A stretch of 63,332 nucleotides of DNA, filler included, from Chrysochromulina tobinii (Eukaryota), in the NCBI GenBank assembly GCA_001275005.1. It is 4 parts of 4 records of this genome, joined end to end, with 100 filler letters (N's around TTAATTAATTAA, not from the genome) between each part and the next. Parts side by side here need not be neighbours in the genome. Positions count along the whole stretch, not along the records: positions 18,111 to 39,373 come from JWZX01001252.1; positions 39,474 to 58,759 come from JWZX01001256.1; 2 more parts are not named here. The stretch is one strand, 5' to 3'. Both the position numbers and the translations under genes were made by a program. How positions within the stretch are numbered: position 1 is the first letter of the stretch; each line of letters begins with the position of its first letter. Below the pieces are notes generated by a model. The model searched no databases, had not been told where the DNA came from, and saw only the letters and a list, made by a program, of their open reading frames with translations. Shown in pieces: positions 33,598-44,219 of this stretch.

Positions 33598-35404
33598 ATG
33601 GCGTCGCCTTCAGCCTTCAGCCTTCAGCCTTCAGCCAATATTCCTAGCGAGAGAAAATGTCGGCGGTTGGGGTCGATGCCTTCCATCCTTTCGGAGTCCC
33701 TTCTTCCGCAGCAAGCATTGAGCGAAGAAACAGAACAAGCAGCGCTGTGGCCGGCTCCAGGAACCGAGGCCGCGGCCGGGATGGACAGTGAGGCTCGCAC
33801 TTTCATCCCGTCAAGGGTGGCGTCGGCCCCCCCAAAACACCGACGAGAATCATCAAATTCTTCAATCGATAGTGACACGAGAGAATTTGAAGAAGCGACA
33901 GTGCAGTTCACGGCACGCAGTACACGGCACAGTCCCTCAGGACACACAGGCTCCGGCAGGCGTCTTTCGTCGCCTGCGGCATGCTCTGCTGCACGCTCTG
34001 CATCAAATTCTTCAAATTCTTCAAGCGAGAAGCTCGATTCCGCACACGTGGTCGCGCCTGCAATGGCATTCGAAGCCCGAGCGCCTGCAATTGTATCTGA
34101 AGGCCGAGCGCCTGCAATGGCATCCGGGCTGTTGCCTCTTGCGCTCACAAGAGCTCCACCGAAGCTCGAGAGGTTGTCAAGTAACTTTTCCCAGTGGAGC
34201 TCAATCCTACCTTATCGATATCGCGAGGTGGACGAGCCCTGCTCCAAGAGCGATCTAGCTGACCAGGAGGTCAATGAAAGAGCAGAGCAGCTTGAAGAAG
34301 CGCTTCACCGAAAACTCGCCAAAAATGATAAGACGGATAAAGGCTACGACCTCACTATTTCAGCCTCGTCAATGCTGGGCGGCTTCAGCATTCGAGACGT
34401 GCTTGCTCCACCAACGTAAGCATCCCCACATCGCCCTGGCTCACTGTCCCTAGCCTGATGTCGTCGCAGCCTCTCATGGTGATGGCCCCGCTCGTGACTC
34501 CATTCACGATTGTGACTCCAATCACGATTGCTCGCTGCGCGCTTCGCTGTGACAGGGCGAAAGATTTCAACTGGGATGGGGCCGCAGGTTTGTATCGCCT
34601 GCTGATGGCGACGGCAGTCGCGCTATGCCTCTACGCTGGCCTTACCCTCATCTTGAATCGGTACCTGGCGGCTCGCGCGTACAAGGACCTCTCAGAGCTT
34701 GCTTACCTCGACTACTACAAGGTGAGAGGTCGCCGCCACCGCAGCTCGCCTTCCACTGTTCGGCTCGCTCTGACAGCCCCTTCCAACCTACTCCTGCCTC
34801 TTCCCACGTGTGACCATGCGCCCTGCCCGTCCGTCCGATCCTCTTTCTGGTCCAGAACACTGGCCGCCATCGTCGAAGCGCGGTCTATGCCTTCCTATCG
34901 AGCCTTCCCATTTTCCTCGTCGCCGCAGCTCTCAAGCAAGTCAACGTGGGCACCCTGAGCGAGTCGGCAGGCGCCGTGGCGATTCTGGTGGTTGGGTTCT
35001 GCCTGCTGGTGTGGACGATGATCCAGCTCGGCGCCCAGCTTGAAGAGACCCAGTTGAAATCTCTCGAGGCCGACGAGGAGGCTGGCGATGAGATGGGGCG
35101 TAGCGGCAGCGCATCAGTACAGCCCGGCGGCACGGCTGGCGGCGCAGCTGTCAGCGTTGCGCCCGGCGCGGCTGGCAGCGCGGCTACCGTTCTGTCGTAC
35201 AGCCCACCGCTCCTAGTCCCTACTCTTGAGTCCATGAGAGAATCAATACGGTCGGTGGCCCCACCGCTCCTAGTCCCTACTCTTGAGTCAATACGGTCGG
35301 TGGATGGGCTCGCTGAATTCGGCCGCGACGGCGAGGAGGATGAGGATGAGGATGAGGATGGAGAGGAGCAGTCAAAACGCACCGCAGATAAAGAACCTGC
35401 ATGA
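33598..35404 (+). CDS. Four-TM membrane protein with Ser-rich N-terminus (PGG/Orai-like pattern), 3 exons
   Basis: Introns ~34416-34555 and 34722-34855. TM segments SASSMLGGFS, LMATAVALCLYAGLTLIL, AVYAFLSSLPIFL, GAVAILVVGFCLLVW. Confidence 0.55.
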
Positions 35405-35842
35405 GGATCAGATGGCAAGATGAGGGTAGAAATTGTGCGAGCTGCAGGCGGATTGGACGGGCGAGCCTCTCCGCTCCTGACGAGAGAGCCGCCGGTGAAG
35501 GATGCTGTGAATGGGGATTCTTCCAATTAGAAGATCGCATGCTTGGGCGAACGCGAACGGAACGACACTGTTTTCCTTGCTGTGGGGTTGGCGAACTGTG
35601 GCTCATGTGGCTTGTGGGTTGCATGTGGGGGTGGGGAATTTGAAGCGTGGTTTTCATCGGTTCATATAAGAAGATTGCATACAGCCGTGTAACATCGCTA
35701 CGTACCGTATGAATCGTATGTAGTTACCATGATCGAGATCTCGTCTCCCACCAGCCACCGTCCCGCGTGAATTATTGCAACATGTTCAAAGCTGCGTGGT
35801 GTGCGCTGATGTGAGTGTGTCGAGCGGAGGCACCTCGAGGTC

Positions 35843-37585
35843 TTAGTCGGCATTTGAATCTGAGGCTGCCGCCGCCTCATACTCGGCTTGACGCTTAAGG
35901 GCCATCTTGCGAGCTTTTTCACGATCGGCCTCCTTGGTTGCCGCGCGTGCCTGCTCGAGGTTTGATAGTTGCCGTTCAAGCGGCGCCGGACGCTGAGGTA
36001 GGGATGCTGCGGGTGTTGATGGTGGAGCGCGTGGATCCGGTGGTGTGGGCTGTGCCTCGCGCAGCGTTCTCTTCGCATCGAGCAAGCTCGATCTGGCTGC
36101 GGCCATCGGGTCTCTCTTCGCCTCCTGCGCCTCCTGCCGCACGGCCGCCACCTTCTCGGCCGCCACCTTCTCGGCCGCCACCTTCTCGGCCGCCTCCATC
36201 TTCTCGGCCGCCTCGCGGTTATGCTTGCGGACGTCCTCTTTCGTCTGCGCGGGGACGTGCCGCGTGCGATGCAGCAGCGGAGCCACGGCCTTGCACGCAC
36301 CGACAACCTCCGTGAGTTCCCGGGGTTCGAAGCCCCAGGAGCCTGCCGCATTGACGAGCTCGATGATCCCTAATATGGGTTGGCCCGCTATGGGGCTTGG
36401 GATGGGGACCGAGAGGACGTTGCGCACTTTATTCGGGTCGAGCCCGAGTGCATGCACGGCGCCGGTTTGGAAGCGGGGGTCGGCGTTCGCTCGCTGCAGG
36501 CACAAGGGCTCTCCCGACGCAAGGACGGTCGCGCCGCAGCAACCTTCGACGGGAGGGATCGCCTCAGTCGAAGGGATTCGCTGCCACACGTAGCCGTCCA
36601 CGGCGGCCACGTGTAGCCGCACCGGGCCGCTGCTGGCCAACTCGTCGCTGTTGGTCAACTCGCCGACGAGGTATTTGGGGTACCCGCCAGCTATCTTCAA
36701 CGGCTGCCCGGGCTCCCCGGTGGGATCTGCACGGAGGCAGATAACGTGCTCGCATCCCATGTGTTTGAGGAGCACCGCCGTCAAATTGGCAAGCCCGACG
36801 TCAGTGTAGCCGCTGCCCACCGCCGCCAGCGCCGCGTCGTACAGAGCCCCGCGGCTGCCGCCCGGCGGCGGCGACCCGTGTGCTCCTCTCTTTCCTTCAG
36901 GCTGCGAGTCCCTTTCGACGCTGGACTGTTGCGGTGGGCTGCGGCGCGGTGGTGGGCTGTGGCGCGAGGACTGTGGCGCGGAAGGGAGCGTGAGGCCCGT
37001 GGCGAGCCCCAATGGCTGCAGCAACTCTCCGGATACCAGGGCCTTGTCGGGGTTGGCTGCACCACCGGCATCGTGCTCTTCGTCCCACATGCACGAGCTG
37101 ATGCCACCTATCGCCAGGACTGCCTTGAAAAAGTGGCGCTGCACACTCGGTGGCCATGCGCAAAAGCTCGTGCACAGGTCCCGCACCGAGACGAGCGGCT
37201 TATCGGGCGACCTGTGTGAACGGCTCGCCTTGCTCAAAGTCGCCGCAAACTGACGAGACTGACGGACCGCGGCCGCGGCCGAGACGGCGCTCCCGGACCG
37301 TGCCTCGAGCAGCTTCGTGATGTTTTCGCGAAATCGTTCGAGCTCGCCCGTGCTTAGGCTTGCAGCCATGGCCGTGAGGTCGTCTACAAAGTGTGGCAGC
37401 GGGCTGCCCGGCAACGGAGTCGCGTGCTCCGTCAAGAATGTGTGGAGCGCCCCGTCCGTATGTGTACGCGGCGCACGGGCGAGCTTCTCGAGATGTGGGT
37501 TGCGAGGAGAGCGAGGAGAGCGCGGCGGCAGAGCCCACGAACGCTCGATCATCGGCGCGAGGTCGACGAACGTCGGCGCCGGCAT
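35843..37585 (-). CDS. GAF-domain protein with C-terminal coiled coil
   Basis: GCCGATVLASGEPLCL..A.ADPRF...VRNVLSVPI...ILGIIELVN....F...E matches the GAF consensus. Confidence 0.8.
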   Translation of the reverse strand: MPAPTFVDLAPMIERSWALPPRSPRSPRNPHLEKLARAPRTHTDGALHTFLTEHATPLPGSPLPHFVDDLTAMAASLSTGELERFRENITKLLEARSGSAVSAAAAVRQSRQFAATLSKASRSHRSPDKPLVSVRDLCTSFCAWPPSVQRHFFKAVLAIGGISSCMWDEEHDAGGAANPDKALVSGELLQPLGLATGLTLPSAPQSSRHSPPPRRSPPQQSSVERDSQPEGKRGAHGSPPPGGSRGALYDAALAAVGSGYTDVGLANLTAVLLKHMGCEHVICLRADPTGEPGQPLKIAGGYPKYLVGELTNSDELASSGPVRLHVAAVDGYVWQRIPSTEAIPPVEGCCGATVLASGEPLCLQRANADPRFQTGAVHALGLDPNKVRNVLSVPIPSPIAGQPILGIIELVNAAGSWGFEPRELTEVVGACKAVAPLLHRTRHVPAQTKEDVRKHNREAAEKMEAAEKVAAEKVAAEKVAAVRQEAQEAKRDPMAAARSSLLDAKRTLREAQPTPPDPRAPPSTPAASLPQRPAPLERQLSNLEQARAATKEADREKARKMALKRQAEYEAAAASDSNAD

Positions 37586-37859
37586 GCGCACGCCGTCGCG
37601 AGTTGCGACGAGTCCGCGCACGCGTTGAGATCCGTTTCAACAGAACTAACAGAGGGACACAGTACAAAACTTGCTACTTTAGGAAAGTGCGAAATGAACG
37701 TTGTCAAGTTCACACACTGTACTATTCTGATCACACAACGGCGTTGTGGTTTTTTGTTCAGTCATTCTCGCATGCAATCGGCGCAGCACACTTCAGCGAA
37801 GTTCCTGATAGACGCGCGCGCGCCGCGGATGACAGCAACCAGCTGCGCGACACACGCAG

Positions 37860-39373
37860 ATGGGCCACCAGCGCAAGGTCGAGAAGTCGATCACGCAGGT
37901 GAAGGAGTCACGCCAAGCGGCGAACCTTCTGTTCGGCCACTGCCTCGCCCAATCTTGCTGTGCCCAAGACGAGGTGCGCATCTGTCGCCGCCCGCCAGCT
38001 GTGCCGCACGCTGCCTTTGACACCTGGCTGCTAGCACCCTTGATGCAGCTGTGCGCGATGCTATATGTGTGCGCGTGCGCCCGCTTTCCGGTTGCCAGGT
38101 ACTTGAATCGACGCCAAGCGCCGACAAGAAGCTCGACAAGCTCCGAAGCTTTGTGACCTGCGTGTGCTCCAACGAGTCGTGCAGCATGGGCCGCCAGATG
38201 CACCTGGCGTGCTTCGAGGACATGACGCGACGTCTCATGCTGAACGTCACCTTGAACAAGGAGACCACTCTTCACAGTTGGCTGCGCCAGGAGACGAATA
38301 CCAAGGACGGCACCCGGCTCCTCGAGTTCAGGGCGAATGTGTCGGCGAGTGACCCTCTGCGGCTTGCGAACAAGATCTGGCAGCACTCGCGCGAGAGCGC
38401 GATCCTGAGCATCTGCAAGTGCCGCTGCGGCGTAGGCCACCTCCGATACGAGCCCGACGCGTGTGCGAGCTGCGCCGGCGCCGAGCCCGACGTCGACGAA
38501 ACCGAGCTCAAGCGGCGCGAGAAGCAGTTCGCCATCGAGGAGCGCTCGCGCCAGGCAAAGGAGGAGGAGGCCAAACGTCGGAACGAGGAGCGCGAGAAGA
38601 GGCGAGCGGCGTCGCTGTTAGCGTCGCTGCAGCATACGGAGCAGGCGCTCCGAGCGCGCGAGGAGAAGGCGGCGCGCGAGCGCGGTCAGGATGTGCTCGC
38701 GAGCGCCTTCGAACCGGGCAAGCCGTGGGCGTCCATGCGCGCGGCGCGCCCCGCCGCTTCCGCCGCGCCCGGCGCCCCCGGTGCGCCCAAGTCGCTCTCA
38801 TCGCTCTCGCCCGTGGGGTCGTCGACCTCGCCACACACGAGCGAGCGCAAGGGCAAGTGCTCTGGCTGGTCCTCGTCGTGGAGCCTCGATGCGCCCGACG
38901 AGGAGGCACGCGCATTCTTGTGGACACCGCCCGCCTCCCCCACGCTCTTCCCAAGCGAGCTGGCGGCGATGAGCTCCGCGTGCGCGTCGCCGACCAAGGT
39001 GTACCGCACGCCAACACAGCGCGTGGAGGACCCGCGCCTTGCGAAGCTGCGCGCCGACGGCGACGCGGCGCGCGAGGCGAGGGCCAAGGCGGAGCGGCTG
39101 AAGAAGGAGGCTGAGGCGGCGGCGGCGGCTGAGTGGACTGCCAAGGCGGCCGGCGGGCTCCCAGGCACCTCGACGGCGGACGCGCACTTCGTCAAGCTGC
39201 GCGGGCTGCCGTACCAGATAAACGAGCAGCAGATCTCGGCCTTCTTCCAGCCACTCTTCGTGGTCGCGGTGCAGATCGCCTTCAGCCCGAGCCGCCAGCC
39301 CTCGGGCTTCGGTTACGTGCAGTTCCGCACGCCCGAAGATACCACGCAGGCGCTCCACCGCACCAACCAGGTG
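37860..39373 (+). CDS. Headcase-like Cys/His domain + coiled coil + RRM (hnRNP F/H-ESRP type); 3' end in gap
   Basis: Intron 37974-38098; CSNESC...MHLACFE...W...CKCRCGVGHLR; FVKLRGLPY...SGFGYVQF. Confidence 0.7.
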
Positions 39374-39473
39374 NNNNNNNNNNNNNNNNNNNNNNNNNNN
39401 NNNNNNNNNNNNNNNNNTTAATTAATTAANNNNNNNNNNNNNNNNNNNNNNNNNNNNNNNNNNNNNNNNNNNN
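39374..39473. other. Artificial contig spacer
   Basis: N44-TTAATTAATTAA-N44. Confidence 0.97.
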
Positions 39474-42400
39474 GGAGGGGGAGGGGGGAGGGGAGGAGGG
39501 GATCGGGGGCAAGTGAAGGCAAGGGAGGACGAGACTGGAGAATAGGGGAGGGGTGTGGGGAATCTCGCACGCACCTCCGAGGTGAAGTCGTCATAGAGCG
39601 CGGGAAGCTCGTGTGGAAGTATCTTTGCCATCACCTCCATGCCCGCCTTCGTCGCCGCTTTGGCCGCCTTGAGCTCGGCCGCCGAGATCTTCCCATCACC
39701 GTCCATGTCGATTGCATGCACCTGTGGGGAGAGGGGCGGCGCGCCGTGACGAGCACTTGCATGCGCGTCCATGTCGATCGCGTGCACCTTGTTCTGACGA
39801 AGCCACTTCTTCGGTGCCAGGGGCGCCATCGTGGGCGCCCGCGTCAAGAGCCTTAGGTCCACATGGCGCTGCAGCATGTGCTGGAAGGCCGCCTTCTCCG
39901 TGTCGTCCTGGTGGGGTTGGAGGCGCGAGGTGGCGCTCATCTCGAGCGCGGAGCCCTTCGAGACCTCGGTCGCGATGGCGTTCTTGTAAATCTCGCCCAC
40001 CTGCATGTGATGAGGGAGGCCATCAGCATGCAATGAGGGAGGCCATCAGCATGAAATGAGGGTTGAATGAGGGCAACCCAGCAGGCCATCAGCATGCAAT
40101 AAGTCGCTCTCATTGGAGTCCTTCCCCAGTGCCCAATTAGGGACGCTCTCATTGGAGTCCTCCCCTAGTGCCTAATTAGGGACGCTCTCATTGGAGTCCT
40201 CCCCTAGTGCCTTATTAGGGACGCTCTCAGGGGAGCCTCGAGTGGGGCGGCGCTGCTCACCGTATTGACGAACTCGAGGCGCGCTGCACTGCTGCGCTGC
40301 TTCGGCGTGAGTTCCGTCAATCCTTCATCGACGAAACCCTGGGGCGCGATCACGTCGTATCTCTCGGTGCGCAGCCGGTACTTGTAGATCTGGTCGACGA
40401 TCTGATGTGCGCCCATCAGGCACGTCGCCCACCTGCATGCAATGAGGGAGGCAATCAGCATGCAATCAACGATCTGATGTGCGCCCATCAGGCACGTCGC
40501 CCACCTGCATGCAATGAGGGAGGCCACCAGCATGCAATGAGGGAGGCAATCAGCATGGCAGTTACTTTTGGCGAGGGCGCATTTGCAGCTTCAGCATGCA
40601 ATGGGGGAGGCAATCAGCATGGCAGTTACTTTTGGCGAGGGCGCATTTGCAGCTTCAGCGCACCGACGGCCGTTGAGAGCATGGGCAGAAGGATGACGAA
40701 GAGTCCCCACCATGTCATGCCCGCTACGGCGCCTCGATCGGCCGCGATGGTGCTCACGACAGCGCCCACTCCATCGCCGCCCGCGACGGCGCCTCCCTCG
40801 CCCGCGACGGCGTCTCGATCGGCCGCGTCTTCGCCTTCGCCACCCCATGTGCCATTCATCATCTCGTCGCGAGATTCACCCTCGGATTCACCCCGAGATT
40901 CAGGCCCGAGCGCTGCACCGAGCGCAATCTCGCACCCCTCGGCAGTGTACAGGATGGCCACGGTGGTCGAGATGATGGCGAGCGCATAGAGGAGGATCTG
41001 CAGCCGGTCGCCCACCTGCATGCAATGCCAATGGGGGAGGCAATCAGCCTGCAATATCAGCCTGCAATCTCGGCATGCAATCTCGGCATGCAATCTCGGC
41101 ATGCAATCGGCTGCAATCAGCTCATTGGCCACCTGCTTGAACTTGGTAGCATTCTCCCACAGGATCATGTGACGCTTCCATGCAGTCAGCACGCAGAGTA
41201 CCTGCACCACACCGTGACTGCGATCCTCAGCGTGCAAACAGGCGCCATCCGCATGCAATCACACCCGCAATCAGCCCGCAATCAGCATGCAATCCGGATG
41301 AAATCGACCTCGGCCTCGCCGAGCCCGAGCTCGTGGATGATGGCGCAATCACACCCGCAATCATCATGCAATCAGGATGCAATCAGGATGCAATCACCTC
41401 GGCCTCGCCGAGCCCGAGCTCGTGGATGATGGCGCAATCACACCCGCAATCATCATGCAATCAGGATGCAATCAGGATGCAATCACCTCGGCCTCGCCGA
41501 GCCCGAGCTCGTGGATGATGGCGCCGCCCGAGAAGCACGTGAATAGTACCGAGAGCACCTGCATGCAATGAGGGAGGCCATCAGCATGCAATGAGGGAGG
41601 CCATCAGCATGCAATGAGGGAGGCCATCAGCATGCAATGAGAGCACCTGCTCCGATGCGTCTGCCATCACGTCGACAGACATGATCGTATTCTTGAGCAG
41701 TACGGGCGCGCGCTGGTGCAGTTCCTTGAGCATCACGATCTCGGGCAGCCCAAAGAGTTTCGTCCACGCCGCTCCCGACGTGAGCTCGCACCTGATGAGG
41801 TTGGCAATCAGCCAATGCGATCAGCATGCACTCAAGACAGCCCACCCACACAGAGAGTTTCGTCCACGCCGCAGCCGAGCTGTGAGCTCGCGCACATCGT
41901 GATGAGCTCGCTTGCCGAGGGCGATGGCAGCTGTGAAAGCAAGCCGCGACGTAGCGAGGCGAAGGCTTGGGTGACGGAGCCCGTCTGATCGAGAAGGACA
42001 ACAGACTTGCCCGTCTGTGCTCACGCGAGCGAGGGGGCACCGCATCCAAATTAGGGCATCGCATCCAAATTAGGGTATCGCATCCAAATTAGGGCATCGC
42101 ACCCAAGACGCTCAGCGCGACGCCGCGGCACCGCGAGCGACCGACGCACCCACACCGCTGATCAGTCGCACAATCAGGCTCGCTCAGGCGCGCTCTTGGA
42201 CGTAGAGAGATCCCCCACCTGAAGCAGCTGCTTGAGGCGTGGAAGCATAGCCGCAATCAGCATGCAATCAGCATGCAATCACCTGAAGCAGCTGCTTGAG
42301 GCGTGGAAGCATAGCCGCTTGGCCGTTGGCGACGAGATAGCCCAACGGCCCGACGGCGGATAGGTCGGGAGCGTCGAGCACCTGATGAGGGACGCAATCA

Positions 42401-44097
42401 GCATGCACTCAGGGAGGCACTCAGGGTACGTCACCTGATGATGAGGGACGCAATCAGCATGCTGATGAGGGATGCAATCCACAGTGCACTCGGCATGCAA
42501 TCAGCATGCTGATGAGGGATGCAATCCACAGTGCACTCGGCATGCTATCCTATGCACCGAATCCAGCAAGATGTAATGAGTGCCCCGGTTGAACAAGGTC
42601 TGCATGTAGTGAAGGCCCCACTTCTCACGAGGCGAGAAGAGGCCGTCGTGACCGAGCATCGCCTCGTCTGCGTTGCGTGGCACCTGCATGCTGCTGAAGG
42701 TCGATGGGTCCCTGACGAGGGTCGCAATCAATAGGGCGCTCGTTGGAGCACTCCAAGGCACTCACACAAGCAATCACACAAGCAAGCCGATGTCCACGAT
42801 TACATGTAATCCTCCACATCATAGAATTGCGAAATCGTCTCGCAATCCGGCGGCTCATCGGAACCCAACGGCCTCGCGCCCCTTCGGATGAGCGTGCACT
42901 TATCGAGGCACGACTGCGTAATGGGTGCCACGCCGCCCCGTTCGCCCCCTTCGCCCCGGCTCTGCAGTCCGTGAAGTCTCTCCATGGAGTCGATCACCAC
43001 AATCGGGGGCCGCGAGTCCGTCAGCTTCATCGCCGCCTCGATGAGTAACGCCGCTGCGGGCGAGGGGCTCAATTAGAGAGCAATTAGAGCGCAATTAGAG
43101 CGCAATTAGAGCGCAATTAGGGGGCAATTCGAGCGCAATTAGAGGGCTCTCCGCATAGTCACTCACCTGAGGGCGAGGGGCTCTGCACGTAGTCCACGAT
43201 CAACCAGTTGGGCGTGCGCGAGAGGGTCGTGGCCGCATCCAGCAGCGCCGCAAAGACGTTCACCAGCTTCGCGAACAGGATCTCATTGATGATCTTGAGG
43301 GCGAACTCGTTCACACCCTCAAGGCATCCGGCGCCCTCGTTCACACCGGCCCGAAGCGCCTGTTGTTGGGCGGCGGCCCGAAAGCTGCTGAACGAGGGAA
43401 GGGCAATCAGCCCCGGCGTGGCAAAGTCTTTCGGATGGAGGTGTCCCGCGTCCGAGACGATGAGCGTCTTGGGTGGATCTAGTCTCCAATGTCCAACGAA
43501 CAGGCGCTGTAGCTGCGCCGACGATAGGACATGGCGCTGGCCTGAGCGCCTGTCCTTCGGCACGAAGCAGACCTTCGTGCGCTGTCCAGTCTCCTTGCAG
43601 ATGTACTCGCCGCACGTGAGCGTCTGGTCGCCATCGCCGTCCTTCTCGTCGGCCTCGCGCTCGGCCTCCACCAGCTTCGTCGATCCAATCTCGCCGAGCT
43701 CGGCCTCCACCAGCTTCGTCGATCCGATCTCACCGAGCTCGGCCTCTACCGGCATGCCGTCGCTTGTGGGCGGCGCGGCCTCGGCGGGAGGTGATGCAAG
43801 GGACGGCTCGGCTCGAGCGGAGAGGTAGCCGTCAAGGTCTGTGTTGCTGGGCATGCGCATCGAAAATCCGGAGTCCACGCCAAAGCCTGGGTCGGGCGCA
43901 GATGGCGCGTACCGATCCTGCTGCGCCGGCGTCCACGATGCGGTCAGCTCCGTGGCGCTCGAGCCTGGCTCAAACGTGGGCGCAGCCCGCCTGGGTGGAC
44001 GCGCCGCCGCCGCTGACAGATGCCGCATCGCCGCATCCACAAATTGCAGCTGGACGTCATCGTCCATGTCACTGGCGGCCGGGACCGTTGTCGCCAT
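39474..44097 (-). CDS. SLOG (LSDAT/TRPM-N-like) + SLATT two-TM effector + EF-hand protein, at least 12 exons, 3' end in gap
   Basis: Spliced motifs WRLDPPKTLIVSDAG, RGTHYILLD, LGYLVANG, GKSVVLLDQTGSVTQAF (SLOG-like); AWKRHMILWENATKFK..DRLQILLYALAIIST, LFVILLPMLSTAVGAL....P.QKWATCLMGAHQIVDQIYKYRLRTERY (SLATT-like); DMDGDGKISAAEL (EF-hand). Confidence 0.75.
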
Positions 44098-44219
44098 CGA
44101 GTCGGATTGAACCCGTTCGCTGAAAACATAGTTCTGATGAAATTCGTGCAAAAAGTGGAATGCATGCTCGGATGCTGTTCAAAAGGACTCACTACAGGAT
44201 CTCCACTCTGCCAAGGCTT

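Noticed and set aside
42042..42101. TTAGGG inside 19-nt repeats (also at 40137-40220) as telomeric or telomerase-added sequence
   Set aside because: Single isolated hexamers; on the sense strand they read CCCTAAT, explained as branch-point-like sequence.
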